DNA of 64,000 nucleotides from an uncultured Actinomycetes bacterium. GTDB taxonomy: Bacteria > Actinomycetota > Actinomycetes > Mycobacteriales > Jatrophihabitantaceae. This document shows positions 37,304 through 47,494 of this stretch, piece after piece. The stretch spans positions 53,011 to 117,010 of the forward strand of contig CAVSTK010000010.1 in assembly GCA_963730855.1 (NCBI GenBank), read 5' to 3'. The number at the start of each line of letters is the position of its first letter. Position 1 is the stretch's first letter. The position numbers and the translations under genes were made by a program. The notes beneath the pieces were generated by a model. That model searched no databases, had not been told where the DNA came from, and was given only the letters and a program-made list of their open reading frames with translations.

Positions 37304-38191
37304 TCATCGCCCCTTCCGGACGGCGAAGCGCAGCGACTCGGGCAGCACCGCGTTCAGGCTGCCGGACGCGAACGCCGCCACCGTCAGGTTCGCGTCGGCG
37401 AAGCCGGCATCGGCGATCACGGCGCCGAGCGGGGCCAGCGCGGTAACCGCGTCGACCCGCCCGGCATCGACCTCGAGGCGAACGTCGTCGCCGAGGTCGC
37501 GCACCCGCAGGTTGAACACGTCCACCCGATTGGCGGCGAGCAGGGCCCGGACCGCCCGTTCGGCCTCATCCACCCGGCTCAGCCGGGCGGCCGTGATCGG
37601 GATTCCGTACGCGATGCGGCTCGACAGGCAGGGACTGGCCGGCTGGTTCCAGGTCGGCAGGTTCCAGGCCCGGCTGATCGCGCGAACCTCGTCCTTCGTC
37701 AGCCCGAGGTCGGCCAGCGGGGTTCGCGCCCCCCGCTCGGCCGCCGCGCTGATGCCCGGTCGCCAGCCCGCGCGCACGTCGTCGGCGTTCGTACCGGTCA
37801 CGATCACTCCGGTCGTGACCGATGCGGTGATGGCGGTGACCGCGTCGAGCAGGGTCGATTTGCAGAAGTAGCAACGGTCCGACCCGTTGGCCGCATAGCC
37901 GTCGGTCTCGAGCTCGTTGGTCCATACCGAGCTGTGGGTGACGCCCAACCCGGCGGCCACGTCGACTGCGACCGACCAGGCGTCCAACGGCAGCGCGGGG
38001 GAGCGAGCGGTCACCGCATGGACGGCCGCAGCACCGAGCGCGCGCACCGCGGCGGCCAGGACGAGGGCTGAGTCGACGCCGCCCGAGTAGGCCACCGTCA
38101 CCCGCCCGAACGGGCGGAACCAATCGAGCAGACCCTCGGCCGAATCGGTGATCGCGCCCGCGCTGGCCTCAACCGCGGGCAGGTGGCTCAT
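37304..38191 (-). CDS. larE: LarE, ATP-dependent sacrificial sulfur transferase of nickel-pincer nucleotide (NPN) cofactor synthesis
   Basis: PP-loop VAYSGGVDSALV; DRCYFCK; TGTNADD; conserved QPASPCLSSRIAYG. ATG at 38191; the track ORF is over-extended at its 5' end. Confidence 0.88.
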   Translation of the reverse strand: MSHLPAVEASAGAITDSAEGLLDWFRPFGRVTVAYSGGVDSALVLAAAVRALGAAAVHAVTARSPALPLDAWSVAVDVAAGLGVTHSSVWTNELETDGYAANGSDRCYFCKSTLLDAVTAITASVTTGVIVTGTNADDVRAGWRPGISAAAERGARTPLADLGLTKDEVRAISRAWNLPTWNQPASPCLSSRIAYGIPITAARLSRVDEAERAVRALLAANRVDVFNLRVRDLGDDVRLEVDAGRVDAVTALAPLGAVIADAGFADANLTVAAFASGSLNAVLPESLRFAVRKGR

Positions 38192-38217
38192 TCCAGCAGC
38201 ATGACACAATCCGTTCT

Positions 38218-38904
38218 GTGCCCCAGGATCGCGGTTTCCTCGACCTGGGCTTCGCCAACATCGACACCGACCGACTGGCCCGCACGGGCGACGCCGAGGT
38301 GGTGCTGGCGTCGCACAAGACACCGGCCGAGACGGTCGCCGCGCTGGCCGCGTTGGCCCAGGCGCATCCCGAGCGTGCTGTGCTCGCGACCCGCTGCAGC
38401 GAGGCAACCCGGGCGCTGTGTGCGAGCGAACTGCCGGAATCCGTCCTCGACGACGTCGGACGGACGGTGCGGCTCGGCCCGCTACCGGCGCCGCGCGGCC
38501 GGGTCGTCGTGGTGACGGCCGGGTCGTCGGACGCACCGGTGGCCCGCGAGGCCGCGGTTACCGTGCAGGTGTTCGGCGCGGCCGTCGAGCAGGTGGTCGA
38601 CGTCGGTGTCGCCGGCCTGCACCGGCTGCTGGCCCACCTCGACCAAATCAGGGCGGCCGACGCGGTGGTCGCCGTGGCCGGGGTCGACGGTGCGCTGCCC
38701 GGTGTGCTGGCCGGCCTGATCGGTCTCCCGCTCATCGCGGTGCCGACCAGTGTCGGGTACGGCGCCTCGTTCGGTGGCCTGGCCGCGCTGCTGACCATGC
38801 TCAACGCCTGCGCGCCCGGGGTCACCGTGGTCAACATCGACAACGGCTTCGGCGCCGGAGTGGCCGCCGCCCGGATCGCCCGGCAGACCGCGCCGCGAGC
38901 ATGA
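38218..38904 (+). CDS. larB: LarB, pyridinium-3,5-biscarboxylic acid mononucleotide synthase (PurE-like)
   Basis: LGFANIDTDRLARTGDAEVV...VVVVTAGSSDAPVA...VDVGVAGLHRLL...VAVAGVDGALPGVLAGLIGLPLIAVPTSVGYG...LLTMLNACAPGVTVVNIDNGFGAG. Confidence 0.88.
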   Translation: MPQDRGFLDLGFANIDTDRLARTGDAEVVLASHKTPAETVAALAALAQAHPERAVLATRCSEATRALCASELPESVLDDVGRTVRLGPLPAPRGRVVVVTAGSSDAPVAREAAVTVQVFGAAVEQVVDVGVAGLHRLLAHLDQIRAADAVVAVAGVDGALPGVLAGLIGLPLIAVPTSVGYGASFGGLAALLTMLNACAPGVTVVNIDNGFGAGVAAARIARQTAPRA

Positions 38905-40127
38905 CCGGTACCCAGTCGGTTCTGTGGATCGACGCCAGCCGCGGCCTTGCCGGCGACATGTTGCTGGCCGCACTGCTCGACGCGGGGGCCGACCTGGCTG
39001 CCGTGCGCGCCGCGGTCGCCGCGACGGCAAGCGCGGCCGGCGAGGCAATCGAGATCGACGTGGAGTCGGTGCGACGGCACGGTCTGCGGGCCAATCGGCT
39101 GATCGTGACCACCGCACCGAGCAGCATCCGTCGCCACCTCGACGACGTTCTGACGCTTATTGCGGCCGCCGGCCTGTCCGAGGCCGCGGCCGGTTTCGCC
39201 GAACGCACCTTTCGACGGCTGGCTGAAGCTGAGGGTCAGGTGCATGGCACCGCGGCGGCGGCCGTCCATTTCCACGAGGTCGGCGCGCTCGATTCGATCG
39301 CCGACATCATCGGCTGTGCCGTGGCCCTGGACTCCCTAGGCCTGCTGGCCCCGGACGCGGTCCGCGTGGTCAGCCAGATCGCGCTCGGCGGCCGCAGCGT
39401 GCGGACCGAGCACGGCCTGCTGCCGGTACCGGTGCCGGCCGTCCTCGAACTGCTGCGCGGCTACCCGGTCTCGGCCGGGGCCGGTGATCGCGAGCTGTGC
39501 ACTCCGACCGGCGCAGCCCTGGTCGCAACTCTGGCCACCGGGACGGGCCCGCTGCCGGCGCTGTCGATCCGCTCGACCGGCAGCGGCGCCGGGGGCTATG
39601 ACCCCGACGACCGCCCGAACGTCACCCGGGTCGTGGTCGGTGACCGCGCAGTGGCTGCCGCCGATTGGCAGCAGGTCGATCTGATGGTGCTTGAGGCGAC
39701 CGTCGATGACCTCGACCCCCGACTATGGCCGCCGGTGCTCGACGCGCTGCACCAGGCGGGTGCGGCCGACGCCTGGCTGACGCCGATCCTGATGCGCCAC
39801 GGCCGTCCGGGCCACGTCGTCACCGCACTGCTGCCGGCCGACTCGCTCGATGCCGGGTTCGCCGTGCTGGCCGGGCTCGGCATCACGCTGGGCGCGCGAA
39901 CCTACGGTGTCGAGCGCCGATCGCTGCCACGGGACTCGGTGATCGTCGAGGTCGGCGGTCAGCCCGTCGCGGTCAAACGGGGCTTTCTGGGCGGCCGCGC
40001 GGTGAGCGTGCAGGCCGAGTTCGTCGACGCCGTTGCCGCGGCCGCGGCGAGCGGAATCCCGTTGTCGGAAGTGCTGGAGCGGGCGCGACAACTGGCCCGC
40101 GATTGGCCGCTGCACAAACCGGGCTAA
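38901..40127 (+). CDS. larC: LarC, nickel insertion (cyclometallase) protein, DUF111 family
   Basis: ATGA overlap with larB. GLAGDMLLAALLDAGAD...HFHEVGALDSIADIIG...PVPVPAVLELL...TPTGAALV. Confidence 0.88.
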   Translation: MTGTQSVLWIDASRGLAGDMLLAALLDAGADLAAVRAAVAATASAAGEAIEIDVESVRRHGLRANRLIVTTAPSSIRRHLDDVLTLIAAAGLSEAAAGFAERTFRRLAEAEGQVHGTAAAAVHFHEVGALDSIADIIGCAVALDSLGLLAPDAVRVVSQIALGGRSVRTEHGLLPVPVPAVLELLRGYPVSAGAGDRELCTPTGAALVATLATGTGPLPALSIRSTGSGAGGYDPDDRPNVTRVVVGDRAVAAADWQQVDLMVLEATVDDLDPRLWPPVLDALHQAGAADAWLTPILMRHGRPGHVVTALLPADSLDAGFAVLAGLGITLGARTYGVERRSLPRDSVIVEVGGQPVAVKRGFLGGRAVSVQAEFVDAVAAAAASGIPLSEVLERARQLARDWPLHKPG

Positions 40128-40184
40128 CTTCCTGCAACCGCGCAAAACCGCCGGGCTCAGCGGCGCCGATGCTAACCTTTTGGC

Positions 40185-41537
40185 GTGGACGCCACCGATG
40201 GGCGGGCCGAACTGGCGGCGAGTTCGGGCCGCACCGATCCCGCTCGTGAGCTGGTCGTCCTGCGCCGGTTGGTCACCGTCTATCGGCAGCTGTCGAGCAT
40301 GGCTGTGCAGAACGCGACCCTCGACGAGGTCGCCGAGCTGATCGCTGCGCGCACCGACTCGACCGTCGCCATCGTCGACCAGCAGCTCAACGTCCTGACG
40401 AGCGCCTCGGCGGCCCATTTCGCCTCGACCGGTGGCGTCCAGAAGTACCTGGCCCAGCCGCGGCTGACCCAGGTACTGGCGACGGTCGGCCGCACCCGCT
40501 GCGCCCTCTGCCTGCCCGACGTCGAGTCGGCCGCGTCGGTGATCATCGCGCCGATCCTGGTGGGTGACGAGGTGCCGGCCTATCTGATGACGCTCGACAG
40601 CGGCGATCAGGGTCTGGGCGATGACTTGCGACTGCTGCTGACCGAACATGCGGCGACCGTCTGCGGCGTGATCCTGGGCCGCGACCAGATCGTTGCCGTC
40701 GCGGCGAGCAGTGCCCGCGATGACATCGTCGAGGGATTGCTGTACTCCCGGGGCGCCGAGGTATCCGAGATCGAACGGTGGGCGAAGCTGCTCGGGTACG
40801 ACTCCGAGCGCAGTCACCACGTCGTGTCGATCCTGGCCGAGCCCGCGCAGCTGCATCCCGACCCATCGGTACCCCGCGTCGAGCGGGCGCTGGACGCCCT
40901 CGAACGGATGCTGACGATGTACGCGCCCGAAGCGATCGTCTCGTTGCGCGGTGAAGAGCTGGTGATCGTCGTGCCTGACGGTCGGGCCGAGGCCGGCGAG
41001 GTGGGCGACCGCGGCTCCATCGCCGAAGCGCGTCACCTGGGCGAACTGTGCCTGCAGCGCACCCGCAAGTCGTTCCCCGACGTCATCCTGTCGATCGGAG
41101 TCGGCGGACCGTGCCGCGCGGCCACCCAGATCGCGTCGGCGTACGCGGACGCGCGGCGCACGATCGTCACCGCCCAGCGGATGGGCCGACGCGACCAGGT
41201 CGTCGCCTTCGAAGACCTCGGCATCCACCGGCTGCTGCTCGAACGCGCCGACATCTCCCAGTTGCGCACGTTCGCGGACGAGGTGCTCGGGGAGTTGGTT
41301 CGCCGCCGTCCCGAATACGTCCACACGCTGGCGTGTTTCTTCCGCGAGAACAACAGCCCGCAGCGGGCCGCGCGCACCCTGCACGTACACGCGAACACGG
41401 TGGCCTACCGGATCCGCCGGGTCGAGGAACTGACCGGCCTCGACCTCGACAACTACCGCGACCGGCTGCTCGCGCAGGTGGCGGTCGAGATCATCGAGGC
41501 GGTCGGGGGACTGGACGGAAAGGGGCCGGCCACATGA
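40185..41537 (+). CDS. PucR/CdaR-family transcriptional regulator
   Basis: C-terminal HTH: TLACFFRENNSPQRAARTLHVHANTVAYRIRRVEELTGLDL. Confidence 0.88.
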   Translation: MDATDGRAELAASSGRTDPARELVVLRRLVTVYRQLSSMAVQNATLDEVAELIAARTDSTVAIVDQQLNVLTSASAAHFASTGGVQKYLAQPRLTQVLATVGRTRCALCLPDVESAASVIIAPILVGDEVPAYLMTLDSGDQGLGDDLRLLLTEHAATVCGVILGRDQIVAVAASSARDDIVEGLLYSRGAEVSEIERWAKLLGYDSERSHHVVSILAEPAQLHPDPSVPRVERALDALERMLTMYAPEAIVSLRGEELVIVVPDGRAEAGEVGDRGSIAEARHLGELCLQRTRKSFPDVILSIGVGGPCRAATQIASAYADARRTIVTAQRMGRRDQVVAFEDLGIHRLLLERADISQLRTFADEVLGELVRRRPEYVHTLACFFRENNSPQRAARTLHVHANTVAYRIRRVEELTGLDLDNYRDRLLAQVAVEIIEAVGGLDGKGPAT

Positions 41538-43360
41538 GCGAGTTCTCCGAACTGCTCGAACGCCGGGTATTGATCTGTGACGGCGCGATGGGCACCATGC
41601 TGCACGCCGCCGGCAACTCGCTACACCGTTCGCTGCCCGAGTTGAACCTGTCGAACCCGGACCTCGTCAGCACCGTGCACGAGAGCTACGTCGACGCCGG
41701 CGCCGACATCCTGCTCACCAACACCTTCGGCGCCAGCCGGATCCGGTTGGACAGCTCTGGTCTCGCCGACCGGGTCGCCGAGCTCAATGTCGCCGCGGTC
41801 GACCTGGCCCGCACGGCGGCCGACCGGAGCGACCGCCGGGTCTTCGTCGCCGGCTCCGTCTCGCCCGCGGTCGGAGCCAGCCAGCGCTCGCAGGTCCACC
41901 CGCAGCACCGGATGGACGCACTGGCCGAGCAGATCAAGGCGCTGCACGACGGTGGTGTCGATCTGCTGGTCTTCGAGACCTTCGGCTTCCTCGACGAGCT
42001 GATCGAGGCGATCACCATCGCTGCAGACTTCAGCGACCTGCCGATCATCGCCCAGGCCACGTTCTCACCCGATGGACTCACCTTCGGGGGCGAGACGCCG
42101 ATGGTGGTGGCCAGCCGGCTCAGCGAACAGCCGATCGTCGCGCTGGGCGTCAACTGCACCGTCGGCCCCCAGCAGGTTCAGTCGATCCTCGAGCAGTTGG
42201 TGCGGCACAGCCGGCTGCCGGTGACCGCGCAGCCCAACGCCGGTCTGCCCCGGCGAGTGGCCGGTGGTCGATTCGAATACATCATCGACGACGCTTATTT
42301 CGCCCGGTACGCCCGCCGCTACGCGGCCACGGGCGCAGCGATCGTCGGCGGTTGCTGTGGAACGACGCCCAATCACATCCGGGCCGCGGTCGAGGCGGTC
42401 GCCGATCTTCGCACCCGAGCCCGACGCCGCCCGGCGTCGGTGCCGCCGGCACTGCTCGAGCCGCGCGTGCCGGCCGACCAGCCCGGTTCGCGCGCCGGTC
42501 TAGCCGCCCGATTGGCCCAGGGGCAGTTCAGTGTGGTCGCGCAGATCCGGGCCGACAACATCGCCGAGCTCGACCGGACGGCCGACTTCATCGACTCGGC
42601 CCGCGGCAGCGGGGTGGATCTGTTCTACGTCGCCGACCAGCCCAGTGCCCGAGCCCGGGCCGACGCGGTGAGTGTTGCGCTGAACCTGCAGTATCGCTGC
42701 GGCATCGACCCGATCGCGACCGCGACCACCTGGGACAAGACGATCATGACGCTGCAGGCCGCGCTGCTCGGCGTGCATGCGCTGGGCCTGCGCACGATCG
42801 TCTGCGAGACGGGCAATCCACCGATCCGCGGCGAATACCCCAACTCCGACGGCGTCTGGGAGGTCGACTCGATCGGCATGATCGGGCTACTGGCCGCGCT
42901 GAACAAGGGCCAGGACTTCTCGGGTCTTTCGTTGGGTACCGAGACCGCCTTCCATATCGGCGCCCGCTTCAATCCGGGTGCCGTCGATCTCGAGGAAGAG
43001 ATCGCCCGCACCCGCGCCAAGATCCGGGCCGGTGCGCAGTTCCTGATCAGCCGGCCCGTCCATGAATTGGGTCGAGTCCGTCGGGTACTCGATGCGATTT
43101 CCGACGATTACGTTCCCGCGCTGATAACGGTGGTGGCACTGGAGTCCTTCGAGCAGGCCGAATTCCTGGCTCACGAGGTTCCCGATGTCTACATCCCGAC
43201 CGAGACGCTGGCCGCTATGAAGCAGGGCGGCTCCGACCCGTCGGCCACGGGTATTGCGCTGGCCAAGCAACTCCTCGCCGGGGTTAGCGAAATAGCGCAA
43301 GGGGTCGTCCTGGGAACCGCCGAGCCCAGCAGCCTGGCCGGCCTGATCGGCGCGCTCTAA
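41534..43360 (+). CDS. Bifunctional homocysteine S-methyltransferase / methylenetetrahydrofolate reductase (YitJ-like)
   Basis: ATGA overlap with the PucR gene. N-terminal part: VLICDGAMGTML...ILLTNTFGAS...GVNCTVGP...GGCCGTTPNHI (Zn-Cys motifs). C-terminal part is MTHFR-like: IATATTWDKT...ALLGVHALGLRTIVCETGNPP...GAQFLISRPV. Confidence 0.88.
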   Translation: MSEFSELLERRVLICDGAMGTMLHAAGNSLHRSLPELNLSNPDLVSTVHESYVDAGADILLTNTFGASRIRLDSSGLADRVAELNVAAVDLARTAADRSDRRVFVAGSVSPAVGASQRSQVHPQHRMDALAEQIKALHDGGVDLLVFETFGFLDELIEAITIAADFSDLPIIAQATFSPDGLTFGGETPMVVASRLSEQPIVALGVNCTVGPQQVQSILEQLVRHSRLPVTAQPNAGLPRRVAGGRFEYIIDDAYFARYARRYAATGAAIVGGCCGTTPNHIRAAVEAVADLRTRARRRPASVPPALLEPRVPADQPGSRAGLAARLAQGQFSVVAQIRADNIAELDRTADFIDSARGSGVDLFYVADQPSARARADAVSVALNLQYRCGIDPIATATTWDKTIMTLQAALLGVHALGLRTIVCETGNPPIRGEYPNSDGVWEVDSIGMIGLLAALNKGQDFSGLSLGTETAFHIGARFNPGAVDLEEEIARTRAKIRAGAQFLISRPVHELGRVRRVLDAISDDYVPALITVVALESFEQAEFLAHEVPDVYIPTETLAAMKQGGSDPSATGIALAKQLLAGVSEIAQGVVLGTAEPSSLAGLIGAL

Positions 43361-43586
43361 CCGGCACTGCGACCAGCAATAGCACCCTCGCGTCGACATT
43401 GACACCCCAGTCGGCACTTTGCCGGCGTGTCACGGCCGCTCCGGGGGGCAAGGTCGACGGTAGGCGGCTTCGGATCGGCGTTACGGTGCGGTGAGCGGAG
43501 ACCGAATCAGTGGCATGGTCACAATATCGGTACCCATACTTTGTGATGATGGCTCAGATACTGTGGTCACATCACTATCGAGGCGT

Positions 43587-43641
43587 CAAAGTCTGGTGGT
43601 CTGACCAACTAGGTGATCCACCTCTCAAGGGCCAGACTTTG
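43587..43641 (+). promoter_or_regulatory. Structured element in the low-GC purU leader: 10-bp stem CAAAGTCTGG/CCAGACTTTG enclosing GGTG-ATC-CACC, followed by a TTGTTCT tract
   Basis: Read directly from the sequence. It sits inside a 377-bp intergenic gap whose 43500-43660 part is visibly AT-richer than the surroundings. Confidence 0.35.
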
Positions 43642-43737
43642 TTCTGACCCCGATTGAGATCGTCCGACGATCGGCGCAAACACCCGAACGGATCGCCGCC
43701 GATTCCACCCGGCGCGACACTTGGAAAGGCCAGTGTG

Positions 43738-44643
43738 ATGACCGAATCTGCCGTCTTGCCCGGCCGCGCGCAATTGCGTCAAGCCGAGCTGCGCGACGTC
43801 GGGCGAGTGCTGGCGTCCTGCCCCGACCGTCCCGGCGTCTCGGCCGCCGTCACGACGATGCTGTTCAACCTGGGCGCGAACATCACCGACTTCCAGCAGT
43901 ACTCGACCGACCCGATCTCGGGACGGCTGTTCCTACGGGTCGAGTTCTTGCTGCCCGAGCTCGAGGCTCGGGTGGGCGACGTCGAGTCCGGCTTCGCGAC
44001 ACTGGCCGACGAGTTCGAGCTGCAGTGGCGTTTCGCGCGGGCGGCCCAGCCCAAACGGCTGGCCATCATGGTCTCGAAGGCCGACCACGCGCTGCACGAA
44101 CTGCTCTGGCGCCAACAGTCGGGTGACCTCAATGCCGAGATCACCATGGTTATCTCGAACCACCTCGATCTGGCCCCGCCGGTGCTGGCGGCCGGGATCC
44201 CGTTCCACCACATCCCGGTGACCAAGGACAACAAGGACGAGGCCGAGGCGGCGCAGCTCGAACTGATGGTCGGCCACGTCGACACCGTCGTGCTGGCCCG
44301 CTACATGCAGATCATCTCGGCGAACTTCATCTCGAAGTTCGAGCACCAGGCGATCAACATCCACCACAGCTTCCTGCCCGCATTCGTCGGCGCCGACCCT
44401 TACGGTCGGGCCGCCGAGCGGGGCGTGAAGCTGATCGGGGCGACGGCTCACTACGTCACCGCCGAACTCGACGCCGGCCCGATCATCGAACAAGATGTCG
44501 CCCGCGTCGATCACCGTCAACCGGTCGCGGAACTTCGCCGGGCCGGTCGCTTTGTCGAGCGCGAGGTTCTTGCTCGCGCAGTTGGCTGGCACGTCGAGGA
44601 TCGGGTGATCGTGCACGGCAACAAGACGATCGTCTTCACCTGA
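43738..44643 (+). CDS. purU: Formyltetrahydrofolate deformylase PurU
   Basis: ACT-like N-terminus (CPDRPGVSAAVTTMLFNLGANITDFQQY) plus formyltransferase core (VISNH..., VLARYMQIIS..F, INIHHSFLPAFVGADPY, GATAHYVTAELDAGPIIEQDV). Confidence 0.93.
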   Translation: MTESAVLPGRAQLRQAELRDVGRVLASCPDRPGVSAAVTTMLFNLGANITDFQQYSTDPISGRLFLRVEFLLPELEARVGDVESGFATLADEFELQWRFARAAQPKRLAIMVSKADHALHELLWRQQSGDLNAEITMVISNHLDLAPPVLAAGIPFHHIPVTKDNKDEAEAAQLELMVGHVDTVVLARYMQIISANFISKFEHQAINIHHSFLPAFVGADPYGRAAERGVKLIGATAHYVTAELDAGPIIEQDVARVDHRQPVAELRRAGRFVEREVLARAVGWHVEDRVIVHGNKTIVFT

Positions 44644-44738
44644 TCGGTTGTGAAGCTAGTTAGTGGCGTTGCCACCAACGCCGAATGTGCCGGGCGATCG
44701 CCCGGCGCGTCCACCGGAGCAGAAGGAACGCGAACTAG

Positions 44739-45941
<1,203 letters not shown>

Positions 45942-45944
45942 CTG

Positions 45945-46469
45945 ATGCCTGGTACCCGGTCCGTCCGACTGCCGACACCCACGGTGCCGGCAGTTCGGGC
46001 CGGGACCATGTACCGGCTCAACAAACTGCTGGCTCCCAACCCCGTCTATCGTCGGCTGGCTCAGTATCTGGAGCGGCATCCGGTTGCGTACCGGTTGTTC
46101 ACCCGGACCGAAGAGAAGGTCAAGAACTCGATCTTCGGTTGCCAGATGTGCGGCGAGTGCGCGCTGCCGGGCACCGGCTACGCGTGTCCAATGAGCTGCC
46201 CCAAGCAGCTTCGGAACGGACCGTGCGGCGGGGTGGGGACGGGCGGTGAATGCGAGGTCTACCCAGCCATGAAGTGTGTCTGGGTCACCGCGTTCGAACG
46301 GGCCGACGCCGAAGGGCATCGGGCCGATCTGCGGCTGCTACAACGCCCGGTCGATCACCGTGAGAGCGGTAAGAGCTCCTGGGTGAACTACTGGCAGGGG
46401 CGCGACGACGGCCTGTGGACCAGCACTAACGGCCTCGGCACGCCGGTGGAGATTGCGCGTCCGAATTGA
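45945..46469 (+). CDS. MTHFR C-terminal-domain (MetV-like) Cys-rich protein
   Basis: FGCQMCGECALPGTGYACPMSCPKQLRNGPCGGVGTGGECEVYPAMKCVW. Starts 4 nt after the metK stop. The true start may be the internal M at residue 22. Confidence 0.78.
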   Translation: MPGTRSVRLPTPTVPAVRAGTMYRLNKLLAPNPVYRRLAQYLERHPVAYRLFTRTEEKVKNSIFGCQMCGECALPGTGYACPMSCPKQLRNGPCGGVGTGGECEVYPAMKCVWVTAFERADAEGHRADLRLLQRPVDHRESGKSSWVNYWQGRDDGLWTSTNGLGTPVEIARPN

Positions 46470-47494
46470 CCACCGCCACCATTTCCGCGGCCGGCGGTCC
46501 AGCGGCTCCGGTCAGCGGACTGCAACGCGTGCTCGAATCCGGTCGCTTCGCGGTGACGGCCGAACTCGGCCCACCGCGTAGCGCCGGGGTCGATGCACTG
46601 CACGGCAAGGTCGATCTGCTCAAGGGTTGGGTCGATGCGGTAAACCTGACCGACAACCAAGGCGCGTTCGTCCGGATGAGTTCGCTCGCCGGCAGCGCGA
46701 TCGTGATGGCGGCCGGGATAGAGCCGGTTATGCAGATAACCGCTCGTGATCGCAATCGGATCGCTCTGCAGGCTGATCTTTTAGGGGCTTCGGCGCTCGG
46801 CATTCGTAACGTCTTGCTGCTCAGTGGTGATCACCCCCGCTTCGGTGACCACCCCCAGGCCAAGCCGGTCTTCGACATCGACAGCGTCCAGATGGTCTGG
46901 CTGGCGCGAACGATGCGCGACGAGGGCCGGCTGCTTTCGGGCCGCCGCCTCGAGCCGGCGCCGACGCTGTTCCTGGGTTCGGTCGAGAATCCGTTCGCTC
47001 CGCCCGTCCAATACCGGGCCGAGCGGCTGGGTAAGAAGGTCGCCGCCGGCGCACAGTTCGTGCAGACCCAGTACGTGTTCGACGTCGAGGCGTTCGCCCG
47101 CTGGATGTCGGACGTGCGCAATCTCGGTCTGCATGAGCGGTGCAAGGTCATCGCCGGCGTCGGACCGGTTCGCTCACCGCGCGCGCTAGAGCACATGAGC
47201 ACGAGCGTGCCCGGCCTGGTGATCCCGAAAGAAGTGGGCGCGCGGCTGCTGGCGGTCGATCCGGCCGAGTTCGCAAATGAGGGCGTGCGACTGTGCGCCG
47301 AGACGATCGAGCGGGTAAGAGAGATCAAGGGGGTGGCCGGCGTGCACGTCATGGCCTTCGGCAACGAAACCGCCGTACCCGAGATCCTCCGACAGGCTGG
47401 CATCGACCGGCGGCCCGAGCCCGACGCCGACCCACTGCCCGGTCCGAGCCATTTCGACGAGTCTGATAGGGGAGTGACCGAACATGCTGGTTGA
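46466..47494 (+). CDS. metF: Methylenetetrahydrofolate reductase (MetF, MetVF-type)
   Basis: TTG start overlapping the upstream TGA. FAVTAELGPPR...VDAVNLTDNQGAFVRMSS...MQITARDRNRIALQADLLGASALGIRNVLLLSGDH...GAQFVQTQYVFD. Confidence 0.88.
   Translation: MTTATISAAGGPAAPVSGLQRVLESGRFAVTAELGPPRSAGVDALHGKVDLLKGWVDAVNLTDNQGAFVRMSSLAGSAIVMAAGIEPVMQITARDRNRIALQADLLGASALGIRNVLLLSGDHPRFGDHPQAKPVFDIDSVQMVWLARTMRDEGRLLSGRRLEPAPTLFLGSVENPFAPPVQYRAERLGKKVAAGAQFVQTQYVFDVEAFARWMSDVRNLGLHERCKVIAGVGPVRSPRALEHMSTSVPGLVIPKEVGARLLAVDPAEFANEGVRLCAETIERVREIKGVAGVHVMAFGNETAVPEILRQAGIDRRPEPDADPLPGPSHFDESDRGVTEHAG

Noticed and set aside
43361-43737. Known riboswitch classes in the purU leader: ZTP/pfl, THF, glycine, cobalamin and the SAM classes.
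   Set aside because: I looked by eye for hallmark strings: CCGCCTGGGC-like for ZTP, GGAGAG with ACCGAAGGGGCAA-like for glycine, and a B12 box. I found none. Only an unclassified structured element is reported. A covariance-model scan is still needed.
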